64,000 bases of DNA from Lama glama (taxonomy: Eukaryota): contig CM052816.1 of NCBI GenBank assembly GCA_028534125.1, forward strand, positions 83,888,001 through 83,952,000, read 5' to 3'. Positions 26,596-39,989 of this stretch are shown here, piece by piece; position 1 is the stretch's first letter, and the number at the start of each line of letters is the position of its first letter. Under the pieces are notes generated by a model, which was not told where the DNA came from, did no database searches, and was given only the letters and a program-made list of their open reading frames with translations. Both the position numbers and the translations under genes were made by a program.

Positions 26596-28552
26596 GCATG
26601 AATGCTTATTATGTTGTTGTTTTTCAGTAGCAAGTGTTGAAATATTATGAATTCCCATCAGCAGAGGAATAACTGGGTAAAATCATAACCCATCCATACT
26701 AGAAAATGTATTCAATATGAAAAAATACGATTCTTTCCATTCATATTAACATGTTTGGATATTCATAATAAGTTGTCAAGAATAAAATACAATTATGTAC
26801 TTCCCTTAGAGGTAGACAGTTCTCTATTCATTTTTAGAAGAAGTATGACTTTTTTTTAACTAATACAGACATTTAAATGACAGAAATCATATCTCTTTTC
26901 CCATTAGTTTATTTGTTCTTAAAGTTCCATAAATGAGAAAAGGAACCAATTTTTTAGTAATTCAATTCATTTATCTTACTTCCTAAAATAAATAAAATGT
27001 TCCATTGGGCAGGTCAGACATTACAACAAGACTATTACTTTGACTATATATGTGGTTTGCCATTTTAATTATGGTAGTAAAGCAAAAAATACTTTAGAAG
27101 TTTCTTAGGAAACTATTAGGTTACAACTAAGTCTCAAATTTAGTATGAAATATTTATCATGTTTTCTGATGAGTATTTCAATTTATATTAGCTTTATGAG
27201 CAAATTTACAAGTTGTTTTATCTAATATTTTAAACAAATGCACTATTGCAATGAGAAAAGGTGATAATGAACATCAAAGTCCTCAAGAAATAAGTATATG
27301 AAAGAATATTCTAAAGGTAGAAGCTTAGCTGTAAAAATTAAAATTAATATATATTTTAAATTAAAATTTTAGAAAACGTATAATTGAGAGTTACTTCATT
27401 TTTTTTCTGATTATTTTTCGGATGTGATTATGTATAATTAATTCATAATTCTTATAGTTAAATTAACGATTCACTTTAATTTTTAAAAATGATGCTCTCT
27501 TTGACAAAGGAAAAAGTTTAAATCCTAATTTAAATATATTTCACAAAAGTATCTCTGGCATGATTAGCTGCAATTATTCAATGACTAAGTGTAGAAGCAA
27601 ATTTCTCTTAGTCTATATGAAAATATGCCATTTCCTTTCCATAGCATGTCAGACCATGAGTGGTCAAATGTTAATACAGTTATCACACTTCTTAAACCCT
27701 TAATCATAATGTCAACTAAAGCATTATAAACTGAAACTCTGAAGTTCGAAGTCCTGAGCAACTTTATACAGTAGAAGAATCTTTGGGAAAATATATTGAG
27801 TTTTGGGGATTTTTTTTCTTTTTTGGTCTGCCTCAGTAATCAATACAAAATAATGCACTTTTGACTGCTGTTTGCAAAAATTTTATTAAAATTGTCCACC
27901 AAAGCAAACAAATAAACAAAAATTGGAATAAATTTATAATGGATTTACTTCTGAAAGAAATTGAATTGAAATTGCACAGGAAAACAACAGTAGTCCTGAA
28001 ATTGTGGAAAACATAATTTAAAAAAAATGGCTGATGATGTAGGGCATATTTTTAAAAAGGAAATGTTTATTAAGTGATAAGAAGTACTAATTTTCTTCAT
28101 TTTGATGAAGTGTATTTTATCCTTTTTTCTTCATATATTAAGAATTTTAGGGACTATAATAAATCGTATTATATATCATACTTTCCATATATTTGGAGGA
28201 TGAGGAAGAAAGCATCTGGAACATATTTCCTAAATGGCTGTATCACTTTGTGAATATTAGCAATAGTTATATCTTAGAATTTTTATTGCTATAATTTTCA
28301 TGAAACTACACGGGAAAACGTCCACTGACAACTAGTATTTTTAATATAAAGCCAGAAAGAATTACACACAAAGAGATCACACGATTTCTATAACCTGTAA
28401 ATCTGAGTTTGTGTCTTAATCATGGCTCTGACAGTAATTTACTTTCTGCGGTTGAACAGACAGAGTATTACTAAAAAATCTCTGCTACATCAAAAAATAA
28501 TCAAAAAGAAGCAGAGAAATGCAGAAGCTTTTAACTAAATAAAGACAGAGTT

Positions 28553-28700
28553 GGGGGTGGGGTATAGCTCAATTGGTAAAGCACATGTTTAGCATGCACG
28601 TGGTCCTAGGTTCCATCCCCAGTACCTCCTCTATAAGTAAAGAAATAAACCAACCTAATTACCTCCTCCTACCCCTCCAAAAAAAATGAATAAGTAAATC
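28553..28700 (+). mobile_element. tRNA-derived SINE, camelid Vic-1-like
   Basis: 'ggggtggggtatagctcaattggtaaagcacatgtttagcatgcacgtggtcctaggttccatccccagtacctcc...aacctaattacctcc' plus A tail; A/B-box-like head; candidate TSD aagacaga 28542-28549 / 28709-28716. Confidence 0.85.
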
Positions 28701-28719
28701 ACTCTTCCAAGACAGAATG

Positions 28720-30530
28720 GTTTACCTTGAATTATCTATAATAATTTTATTATACAAAAATAAATTCCAGGTATATTAATTAAGAAAGAAAATGAGAAGA
28801 AAGAATTATGAAAGCAGAAGGAAATATAAGAGAATTAAGGTCAATAAAAACTTGGATCTGGTAAAGTCACTAAAAATTTGATGAAAAAGTGAAAGGAACA
28901 TCCATTTGAATAAATTGATGGAAAATCTATAGGGAGAAATTAGAACACCTAATCTTCAGTCCTTTTTGAATGCTGAAAGTTGATTCTTAGATGGCAAAAT
29001 CACTAGACACCAAATCTGAAAAATCTATATGTAGAATATTGTTTCACTCAGCAACCTCCCTGAACTCAAGTATAAAATCACTGCACTCAGCCTTAAAATC
29101 TCTATGCAGAAGGTAGTAGGACTTTTCTGAGCAATCTATTAGGAAAAGAAAAAATCTTAAGATTTAAGAATCCCTCAATAAAATAGCAAAACAATAAAAG
29201 TTACCCTTTGGAAAGCCCACTAGTCAATAAATGTGGCCCGTGAAGCTGGAGGGTAAGATGGGAGCTGAGAAAAGCCTTTAGCCTAAAGGTACAGGGAAAC
29301 AGTAACAAGAACAACAAAAGAGGATTGAAGAAAACCCAGTAAATGACTGGAGAAAATAATCTAAATCAAGACAAAATAAAATTAATAATGGAGGATCAGT
29401 ATCCTCTAAGATAAGAGAAGTGATCTATCAAAGAAGAAAATGAAATACTAATTTAAAAAATGAATAGAACCCTTAGAAAACAATAACAATACATTTACCT
29501 TGCAATTAAAAGCAGAAAATTTCAAAAGACTAAAAAGAGATAGTTGAGGATATTTTCTAGAGTGTAGACAAAAAGATGAAAATAGGACTGTTTTTATGGC
29601 TTTGCCAAAGGTTAATAAATAGAATAAAACATGGTTCTGAGAAACAGACACGAAAATTTGATACATGATAGCTGTAGCATTTCAAATGTGTGGGTAAAAT
29701 TTAGACAATTCTAATCATGGGATAGTTGCTATTCATATGAGAAATATAATTGGTGGTCTACCACACCAAATACCACATGCATTAAAATGATAAATATAAA
29801 ATAAAGAACTTTATTTTTGAAAGAAAATGTATGCTAATTATATGTCAAGATATTTTTATGATATTAGGTCTGATAGATTTCTTTAAAAAACAAATTTCAG
29901 AATCTTGTAAAAATATTTTATAAACTTATTCTTAAGGATTTATTTGAAAAGATTAAAAATGCACACACACACCAAAATTACTGAGAGTAATTATAATATT
30001 AAAATTAAAAATATCTGCATATGAATAAGAGAATTTATTTCCAGTGGAATTTCAAATTATAAGAAAATTTTAAAATGCAATGTTTGAAAAAAGTTAAAAG
30101 AATTTTGTAACAGATTTTTGACAAAGGTGCTCAATGTAGAAACTATTATTTTGTAATCCAAAGGAATATAAATTTAACCTACCACTATTTAATAAATCTA
30201 TTTAGCAATATCTAGTAAAGTTGAAGTTGTGAATATTCTATAGCATATCAATTCCAATCATTGTTATAAAACTGTAAAACATTCTTGCACGTGTTTATAC
30301 ACAAGAAGATGGATCAAAAATGTTGAAATCAGCATTATTGTTTGTAAGAGCAAATATTTGGAAATGACATATAAGACCATCACAGGATAACTGATAATCA
30401 ATTTTATGTAAATATAAAATATAATGCTATATATCAAAAATTAAGTATCTATATATCAAAAATTAATAGAACTATATATTTCAAATATTACATTGATCAA
30501 GAATAGAAAGTTATAAAGATACCAGCATAG
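28720..30530 (+). mobile_element. Degraded old L1M fragments (ORF1, ORF2 and 3' UTR pieces)
   Basis: A-rich; 'gaaaatttgatacatgatagctgtagcatttcaaatg', 'ttagcaatatctagtaaagttgaag', 'cagcattattgtttgtaagagcaaa' are L1ME-like. Confidence 0.6.
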
Positions 30531-30554
30531 ATTCAAATCACTTAACATTTTCAT

Positions 30555-32800
30555 ATATGCATTCCTTGTCATCATAGTTGTTTTAGGCCCTTTACACCAT
30601 CTTTAGAATAGCCAGGAGATGAGGCTGTCAGCCATAGGATAGGCCACCTTACACTGTTAATTACTGAGAACCTTCATTGCCTCAGATGCTTATTGTTTGC
30701 ATTCACTTGTAATCCAAGTATCTTCCTGCTTAGTGCCTATTCTACGAAGTTCATCTTTGTTATTAATTTTCCAGTGTTATTATTTAGAAGTCCCTGACCA
30801 TCTTCCAGGTGGTTCTGGTCTACCGTGGAGATTCTGTATGTTAACCTTAGCTGCATTTCTTCCTCCTGTGTTAACTGAAGGCCCTCAGATATTGAGAGAA
30901 AATCAATAAATTAATAGCTCATTTTTTCATAAGCCTAGAAAGTTTACTTTTGGTTTCTGGACTGTCTTGATTCTAATCACCAATATACCACCTCAAATAT
31001 ATAATGGAATATGGCTTACATAAGCAATTTTATGATTCAATGAACAAAAATTTTAAAAAGGGAAAAAAGAATTAAAAAAAATAAAAACAACAATACAGGT
31101 CACGAGGATTGGCTCTCCATCTTGTTCAAGGTCCTACTCAAATCTGTCAGCCTCATGGATTACCCATCAATGGACTGGAGACGTTTGCCTAGATATGATA
31201 TATGTTGTTTCCTAATCTAAATGTACCCTCCAAACATTGGTGAAACAAAATGGACCATTATGCCTTGCTCGCATTGAAAGAGATATCCTGACATGCCTTA
31301 GACCAACGCTTGGAAATTTATCTAGGTTCATCTCTCACCCTTCATCACACATTGTATTCCTAAGGCACATAGGATGTTTCCTACTTTATATTCAACTCCT
31401 AATTAGCATGATGCTGTCAAGGTAATAGCTGATGTGTCACGATGTTTTGTGAGACTTGAACATGATGGATTTTTACTCAGATTGTGTTATACAGACAGCA
31501 GTAAATTGATTTAGATTGATTTAGTCCCGGAACAAGATAAAGGCATTTTCCCCCCATATAGTACTGTTTTGTAAACGTAAACTGCTTCATATTCTTCTTA
31601 CTGATGGGAATGGAAAGGTAGCATATGCTGCCTTTCAGGTGCCAAGGGTTATGTTGATTTCTTTGAAAAAAGATACCATATCTGTAACCATAGCTCTGAT
31701 TGCTATTTACACTTGAGTTAGTCCAACCATCTAGTATTGTTATGCATGACTCAGTTGGTTTGTGTGCTGGACAATCAAGCAAGTTGAATTAAAGTTGTAG
31801 TTAGCAGTACACCTGCATCTCTTAGGTCCTTGATGACAGACATGATTACTTCAGATCCTCAGAATGCAGCAGCTCTTTTGATTTACCATTTTTGCAGGAA
31901 TATGTTGTTCCAAGGACTTCTAAGGAGCTCTTTCTGCCATAACACACTTTACTCCATGAATAATGAAACTTCTAGTTTATATCTGGGGATTTATAAAATA
32001 ACACATGATTTTCTTCAGTTCCACTGGATACAATTATTCAATTTGCCTAGACCAAATTTTTCTACCATGTGTTACCTGACCTCCATAAATCCCTTGTTTG
32101 GTGAACCAGAGTGTCACTGGGTCTCTGGGAAGTAGTGTAAGTTTAGAACCAGCATCAGATATTCTCTGAAAGTTCTAGGCAATATTTATTTCTTAGTGCT
32201 CTGTCACACACACACAGACACACACGTGCAAACCCCATCCCAGTAAATATCTGCAGGTCCCACTTGGGAATGCTTGGGGGAGAGTCCATGATTTAACCAA
32301 TGATCATGTTGCAGAATTCTGTTCAAATATTTCCCTCCCCATCAGCCAAAGGATTCCCCTTACATAACCAACATAAAGAACCTAGTAAGAAGCTAAGCCT
32401 CCTCACGGTTTTCACTTGAGTAAGGGTTCTATGAGCCCCAGGATTGTTTTTCCGTACATGTCAAGCAGCACCTTATTAGACTGTCCATCGCTGACATTTC
32501 TAGGGGCCCATGATTGTTTGGCCACCATTACAGATATCATTCCACCTCGCTTCATCTGTAATGGAGAGTTAGTATCTGGCCTCTGAGATCACCTTTTTCT
32601 CATTGGGATCGGGGAACTCAATTTTATCCAGTACTTGCTGCTGTCATTTCTGTTCCACAAACGACAATTAAAGAGACCTCTAAGGATGCTGATCCCTCCA
32701 CCCACACTTCTCCTGCCAAACTTTAAATGTCCTACTGAAAGTAGCATATCCCAGCCCCTCAGTAGATGGTACCGCATGTAATAGATGCGCTCTGATTTGC
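30555..32800 (-). mobile_element. ERVL-class endogenous retrovirus internal fossil (gag end, protease, RT, RNase H, start of integrase); non-functional
   Basis: Minus-strand translations: DAGSKLTLLPRDP at 32118-32156 (cf. ERVL protease DTGSELTLIPGDP); LSIPISKKNMKQFTF in ORF 31477-31782 (cf. RT FSIPVHKAHQKQFAF); YLDSIMLI with YLDS at 31413-31424 (cf. YIDDIMLI); RNase H 'gatggtcagggact' near 30790; domains in correct order with many stops. Confidence 0.85.
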
Positions 32801-33020
32801 CCATGTGGGTGGGGATGAGGTGGAGGTCAAAATCAGAGTGAAGGATGAAGTTGAAATATTAACATTTTTATTTCTTCTTGTATTTGCTTTTTCAGATTGT
32901 AAATCTCTCTGGGTCTTCTATTCATAAAATTCCATGAGTGACAGTACAGAGAAAGCCTGTTTACTTATATTTTTTTTTCACATTCTCAATTAAAATGTAA
33001 ATATCTGTGAAATACGCTAC

Positions 33021-33205
33021 ACAGTGTTCCTCAAATGTGATTCAGGGACCATTTGGATCAAAATTATCTACAGGCACTTATTCGAAATAGAGTCCTGGGC
33101 GACACACAGGGACAGTTGAATCAAATTCCCTAGAAGATATGTGCAGTAATACGCATTTTAACAAAAATTTTAGATGATATTAATGCAAAATGTGGGATGC
33201 AGTCT
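33021..33205. mobile_element. hAT-Charlie MITE (MER5-like)
   Basis: 'cagtgttcctcaaatgtg...gttgaatcaaattcccta...gcattttaacaa...gatgatattaatgca'. Confidence 0.65.
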
Positions 33206-33639
33206 TCTGGAGATAGTTGGCATCCATAGTCGGAATTCAGTTTTGTACTAACTGTCCAAATAGAAATTCTCATGCTGCGTTAGGGAGAAGGTAGGTCGGA
33301 GGGAGGAAAGATGTCATCCTGTCATTATAATAACTTACTCTTCCTTGGGCCATGAAATAAATCCCAGATGTTTGACACCCAACCCACAATATGTATGTTT
33401 TTACTTCACATGACAAATTTTCCTCCTTTCATCTCTAAGCAGCATAGTGGTCGCCAGGCTCTTTCTCATTGTGGGACTTGGATGCCTTCAAATGGCAGCT
33501 GAAAGCGAAGGTTAAGTGAGACTGGACCTAAAGTGACTGCCGGGTGCAGCAGGTGTGATGTGTTAGTGACAGAACCAGGGAAAGATGCTGAGACTGAGTG
33601 AAGTTTGGGAAGGGGCCGGGTCCAGCAGTGCTCAGTACC

Positions 33640-34032
33640 AAACTTCAGTGCACCCCGTCTCCGTCAAGCCAATCACTTCCTACCTGCAAACACCAGCCTG
33701 CCTGCCTGAGGGCTTCCACTGGCAGTGATAAGGATTTAATGGCCCTTTGAACAGCCCTCAACCAATGAGGAGTGGTGTTGATGGATAAATAAATGAGCCT
33801 CCTACCCCATAGCTGAGACATCCCTGAGGCATATGGGTGTATATGGCCTCTCAGTGTCCCCTGTGGGTGGCTCTCCAGTGGCCCACAGCAGTTATCTGTT
33901 TTACCTACTGTGTATCAGCTCTGTTTCTTTCCTTGCTCACTACTCTCCTCTGTAAAGCATACTTCCTGAAAACACCTCAGATGAACTGCCACTCAGGTCT
34001 TTGTCTTTTCGCAGGGTAGCACAATTTAAGAC
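33640..34032 (+). mobile_element. ERVL LTR (LTR16-like)
   Basis: 'ctgcctgagggctt', 'cagccctcaaccaatga', 'gtggcccacagc', ending 'ctcaggtctttg...caatttaagac' as in LTR16. Confidence 0.75.
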
Positions 34033-36330
34033 GAAGAAATAATCTTTATGGGCTTGGTTATTTTTATTGTTTTGGACAGGATTTGGGAAGGTTCATGTTA
34101 CTAAAAGCATTTAAAATAGTTTATCCTTTCTCCTCTAAATTTAGTATTACCAACATCTGGCTCAACACAGGAAATCAGGATGCATTTAACATAGAGCAAA
34201 TTAGTAAAATAATTGCAATTCTTTTGTTTGAGAAGATTAGGGTTAGTGTGGGTGAGAATTTGTGACCAAGTTGGAGGTATGGAAGAAATCATTTCCTGAA
34301 AGTGAAGAAGCTGATCTGAGGGATTCGATTAGAATTTGGGCTCATTAGATTTAATTTGGGGAAGATTTTTTTCCAAATTTTTCCAGGGTAACACTCAATG
34401 CCAGACAATGATTAATCTATGTTCAAAGATAATCTGAGAATTTAAGCCACAAATTGTGTATCTGGTGAATTTGGCCTTCTAGTTTAAAGTTAGCAACTAT
34501 TTTCAAGTAAAACAAAACTCAAGGAATATGGTAATCATGAGTTATTTTTGAAGAAAAGTTAACTTTGAATCTTGAATATTAAAACCTTGTCAATTTGGTG
34601 GGAGGACAAAAAACTCAAATTAAAACCCCGAAACAATTTATCACTGGTGAACATGAAAGCTACTTGTATGTAAAACATAGACTAAACAAATTTCAAAGAA
34701 CAAAATTGAAATATCTTGATCATATGAAAAATTAGCAGATAGATGAGGTAGACAAAGTGTAAATGTCCTTACTTCATTTTTTCCAAAGTAAAAAGTCAGT
34801 ATATAATATAAAATGGATTTGTAGCTATTTAAAAAAATAAAAGAAGACAGTGTCTACTCTTTTCTTGTTTTATTCATTATAACTATCATGTTATACATAA
34901 CCATCATGAAAAAAAGTTTTACTTGGAAGTCTTTAGTTTCATCTCAGTTTCTTTCAAATTCAACACAACTTAGAATATTTTGTTAATCATGGTTTACACA
35001 CTTGGTACTCAGTTTTGAACACCTGTCATCCTATTTTTACAGAAGGATCTGGAATCTTTCACCAAAAAAGACAACCATTTCTGTGTTGTAGTACTTCTGA
35101 GCTTTTTCCTTCTGTTTTATGCTTGTTTTTCTTTTTTATTTCTATATATGCTTTAAAAGCCAAAGCATCAATACTACTTTGAATATTTGTGAAAATAGAT
35201 AAGTTTTGACATGTAACTCCAGTCAGTTTTTACCAGAGAGTTAGATGTTAGAAATCGCATTTCTTTATTTTCCACTGTCATAAAGTCATGTGAAATGCAC
35301 ACTAATACAGTCCATAACACATAAGCTCCTTCTCCTGACACTCCATAGTTGTTCAAGATCACGTGTCATATTTTAGTTGCAGTGTTCTATCAATATCTTT
35401 TTATCTACAGTCAATCATTCAGACATTTACTGGAAATCTGTGACCTTGATAATCACTCTTCTGTTTTAATTGCTTTAATGTGTGTTGCATCTTCTGGACA
35501 GAGTTACTGTTGATTTAGCTGAATCTTAATGCGGGGGAGATCACCATCTTTAACAACTAGAAACACAGAATTCTGTCTTTTTCATTACAATTGAATATTC
35601 TTCATTCCTGGAGGTTACACTGTTTTGTCTGTCATCCTTAAAACCTTGTCTCTTCCCCAGAATGAATGAAGACTGCTTCTATTATGGAAATGCCTTTACT
35701 GCTCAACAGACACGTCTAAAGTCTACCATACATTTTATTTTCCAGACATTTCTTACTTTCTTGCTGTATGTTTTCTTTTCTCACTGGTGAGTTTGTATGT
35801 AAACCCTCCTATTCTTTGGCAAGGAGATTTCAAACCACTGATGATTTTTTTATAAGGGTAGCATTCACTTGCATTGTAATTTTTGTTTCCATTAAATGCA
35901 TTTTGACCCTTAGTTAACTAGATGTATCTAAATGACTCAACACTAAACTGTTCTTCGAGTGAAGTACAGCTTTAGCTATGATGATCTAAAGTAACAGGGT
36001 AATTTTTTTTGTTATTTTTGGCTTTATTAGATGGCTACTGAACACTTTTTAAATTAGCATGATTTTTACCCTTCGTCTAACAAGTTTTGTGGACTGGAAA
36101 GCCAATCAATGTTTAATTGAAAACTTCCATAAATATTTGTATATTCTAATTGTTTCCACGTAAATGAAGAAGGTTTAATATGATTTTTATGATATTATAA
36201 TTTTTACAGATGCATAGCATATTAACTGTTCATTGCCAATACTCAAGGAAAGATTAATTATATTTTGGGGGCTTTATAATTGCTTTTACAATTTGACCTT
36301 ATAATTGTTTCAGCTATTTAATTAAACACT

Positions 36331-36357
36331 TTAATAAATTTAATAAATTTAATAAAT
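36331..36357. repeat. Short tandem repeat (TTAATAAAT)x3
   Basis: Read directly from the sequence. Confidence 0.85.
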
Positions 36358-36950
36358 TCTATCACCTGGAAATGTATTCCCCACAGTTGTCTCTATTTTA
36401 AGGTAATTTTCTTTCCCTTGTATTATATGAATAGCTTTCACCTCATTTAAATATAAGCTATTAATTTGATTCTGAAATAAAGTTACTTTTTCCCTAGAAG
36501 TTGTGAACCACCATCATAAATTGCCCTGCAACAAGGGAGTGTACTGTTACTGTTTGTTGATATTTTGCATGATCGTTTTGAGCCAGTGTTTATCACTTTC
36601 TTACAGATCTTTTGCACCAAGTCAACAATCACTGGAAACTTATTACAGCATTTTCCATTTCAATTAACTTCACAAGCCTGTAAAATCTGAGTGAAGATGG
36701 CAAGTTGTTATTTTGATTAGATTTTGAGTCATGTATAATAGTACTTTTTGAATATGTTCTGTTCAGATTAATCAAGGGTAGAAAATATAGGAAAAAAAGT
36801 TACTTGTCTCCTTTTTCCAAAAACAATCAAGATGATTGCAATTAAACATTTTAAGCATTATTTCATTTTGGTTTTAGAATAAGTGATCTTTAGTTTCTAA
36901 AACACTTTTTTTTTTTTGGAATCTTAAGTTATGGGTAAGTTATGTATTTA

Positions 36951-37365
36951 CGTATTAGTTATCTATTGATGCAAAACAAAATACCCCCAAAATTACAAAC
37001 ATTGCTGAAAACAACAAATATTTATTATCTCACATAGATTTTGAGGGTTAGGCATTCAGGTGTAGCTTCTCTGTATCTTTCTGCTCAGAGTTGTCATGAG
37101 GTTGCAGGAGAGCCTTCGGCTGAGCTCAATGACACACTTGTCTGGTGGATGATACTGGCCGGTGGTGGAGGCCTCAGCTTCCTGGCACTCAGTCTTTTCT
37201 CCCACAAGGCTGCCTTGAGTGTTCTGAGGGCATGACATGTACTTATCTTAAAAGTGAATGATGAGGGAAAGAGAGAGAGAGGGAGAGATAGGGAGATAAA
37301 AAGAAAAAGCAGTTGGGAGCGTAGTTATTATAACCTAATCTGAAAAGTGGCATATTATCACTACT
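36951..37365 (-). mobile_element. MaLR LTR (MLT1F-like), 3' part
   Basis: 'gtattagttatctattgatgcaaaacaaaatacccccaaa...aacaacaaatatttattatctcaca...ggaggcctcagcttcctggc...ggctgccttgagtgttct...tataacctaatc'. Confidence 0.8.
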
Positions 37366-37629
37366 TAAAAAACAAATGCAGTTTTATTAGCACATAGGTA
37401 ACAGACTGAGAAAAGATGTTAAAGTAGCATGTAGCAAAATGCCACTTTCCTCCACTTGGTTTTTTAGTTTGTATCATACAATCCATTTACTTGTTATACC
37501 AGGGCTAGAAATAATAACAGAATATGCACTCAGTATCCATATGAGATTTGTCATTCATAGATTAATTCACTAAATTGTCTTGGCTTGTGAAACAGGCCTA
37601 CTTTCTTCACTAGTCCTGTTTTGGTTTGT

Positions 37630-38330
37630 TTTTAATATTTTTCATTGTGGTAAAAATATATATTATATATATATATAAAATAAAACTTACCATTCAACTA
37701 TTTTTAGTACATTTCAGTGATAATAATTATACTCATGATGTTGTGAAACCATTACCACTCTTCATTTCCTAAACTTTTTCATCATCCCAAGCAGAAACAC
37801 GCAAACTTGAAGCAGTAACTCCCTGTTTGCTACTCATCCAGCCCCTGGTAAACTCTAGTCTGCTTTCTGTTTCTACCTACTTGTCATTCTAAATAGTTCA
37901 TATCTTATATATTTCATATTTCACATAATATATATTTCATGTAATATATTCTTTTGTGTCTAATTTATTTCACTTAGGGTAACATTATCAAGGTTCATCC
38001 ATTTTGTCCCATGTATAAGAATTTCATTCATTTTATATTCCATTGTATGAATATTATATCACATTTTATTTATCCATTCATCTGCTGATGGACATTTGGA
38101 TTATTTCCACCTTTTGGCATTTGTGAATAATGCTATAATAAACATTGGCATATAAGTATTTGAGGCCTAATTTCTATTCTTTTGAGTATATGCCTTCGAG
38201 TGAAGTTACTGGGTCATATGGTAATTATATGTTCTCTTCTTTGTTGAACCAACAAACTGCTGTCCACAGTGGCTATCCCATCTTGTATTCCCATCAGTAA
38301 TGCAGGGAGACTCCAATTTCTCCCTGCATT
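37630..38330 (-). mobile_element. L1MB-like 3' end
   Basis: 'ttcattgtggtaaaa', 'aactttttcatcatccca', 'cagcccctggtaa', 'tatccattcatctgctgatggacatttggattatttccaccttttggc', 'gggtcatatggtaat'. Confidence 0.9.
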
Positions 38331-38434
38331 GTTTTTGAACATTTCTGTGGAAAGTTAAGAGCTTGGAGATTCTTAATGTGCTGTTTTGCTAGAGCCACTC
38401 ATACTGTTGCTTTGGTCCTATGCTTCTGGTTGCA

Positions 38435-38530
38435 GGACCAACCTTTGTACGATGTTAAAAAGGACCGCACAAGGGTGTAAATACCAGGAGACAGGGAGAT
38501 TGTGGACCAACATGGAAGCTGTCTATTATG
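38435..38530 (-). mobile_element. MaLR LTR (MLT1F-like), 5' part
   Basis: 'cacaagggtgtaaataccaggagacaggga...catggaagctgtcta' matches the antisense MLT1F start. Confidence 0.65.
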
Positions 38531-38859
38531 AGTTAATTTCCATTTCTTTAAGTGACTTTGAGAGAGAGAGAGAAGTAAAACTAGTTAAGGCTGTTAGAAG
38601 TTTCAGCAATTTTTTTTTCCATTCTGGGTTTCAGAATCTTGGCTCACCAAATTAGAGATAATTCACTCAGTTCAGGTATGTGTGCAAGTGCAAATGTGCC
38701 TACGTGTGCATACACGTAATAAAATATAGAAAACTTAATTAAAAATTCATAAAAATGACCTCATCATTCAGCATCTCAGCAAGAAACAAGACACACTAAA
38801 AGCATTAATAGAAGATATATTGAAGTAACTTTTATCAAAGTTTGGAAAGAGGTAGGTAA

Positions 38860-39263
38860 ACAAATAAAGATGACTGAACACCAAGTAGAGTAGCAGCAGA
38901 AAGCCAATGCCATGCCCGGGTTTGAGATGAAAAAGGAGGAAATTTTGTAACTAGGAACTGGAGAATTCTACAGCCATGAGTGAGAACATGATAGGACCTA
39001 CGGCTTTTGGAAAAGGACGTAGCCACTGCCAAATCACAATACAGCAGGTAAACAACAAGACAATAATATCTCAGACTCACTGTCTTCCAGTCTTCTGATC
39101 TCCAGGCTGCACCTACCATTAGCCAAAGCTAAGCTAAAGCTAAAAGCAGAGTGAAAATGAGCCAGGATGACATTATTCATGAAGTTCAGCTTCCCAAGAC
39201 ACAAGTTCAGATGGAGGAGCATAGATGATAGATCTGGGTGGGCAAGCGGAGAATATTCAGCAT
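38860..39263 (-). mobile_element. ERVL LTR (LTR33-like)
   Basis: 'ctgatctccaggctgcacctaccattagccaaa...tcagcttcccaagacaca...gatctgggtgggcaagcggagaatattcagca' follows the antisense LTR33 consensus. Confidence 0.75.
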
Positions 39264-39989
39264 GGTTTACGTTGACTTCCATATAGACACAATACAAAAA
39301 ACGTAATTTTACTAAGATGAGATAAAGGAAAACAAGTAAAAGGAGAGTAGAATAGGTAAAGAGAAGCCAAGGTAGAGCTAAGTGTGAAAAATATGGCTTA
39401 AATTCCTGTAAGCTAAATTTAGGCCATTTATTTTCCTCTTCCAGCCAATGCAAAGACCAAATTCTGGTCAGTTAGATGAACGATAGAGTCATAAAAGAAG
39501 AGAAAATTTGCTGAGGTGTAGCACTGCTATTCCCAGTACAGGGACCAAGGAGACATTCCTAGCGCCAGTCCTCAACACAAAAAACCTGCAATTTATTGAA
39601 CACTGCAACCTTACAGAAAATACAGAAAAAGTTTAATAAAGTTACACCTTATAGCATGTCATAATGATTGCTGCCAAGGTATTTGCCAAAGGTATTTCAA
39701 TAAAACCAGTCTAAGCAGACTGAAATAAAGTACTTTATATTTGCAGCCTCAGCTGTTCTGATGTGATCCAGGGATAGATTATGTAGAATGGACAAACTGC
39801 ACACCCCAAAGGTTATATCAGAAAGGTGGTATTTTCAGCAGAGCACCAAGCTATTGCCACTTATAATTCCTGATAGGTACTTGGAGTGTGGCTAAATGAC
39901 ATCGCAGGTCACATTAAAGGCCATGTGATATTTCTTGTAACTCTCTAGCCACCTATGTTCCCTTTCATTCTTCTTCATAAACCCTCTTC

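Noticed and set aside
28553..28630. tRNA-like sequence (also ~48055-48132 on the minus strand)
   Set aside because: SINE head followed by SINE body and A tail, with degenerate stems; not a tRNA gene
31477..31782. RT-like ORF as part of an active retroelement or novel RT system
   Set aside because: Frameshifted fragment; catalytic YxDD is mutated to YLDS and followed closely by a stop; an ordinary ERVL fossil
13720..32800. Idea that the two oppositely oriented ERVL fossils are halves of one provirus split by an inversion
   Set aside because: Both appear to contain the RNase H end and integrase start (13780-14270 on +; ~30560-30830 on -), so they overlap in consensus coordinates and are more likely independent insertions
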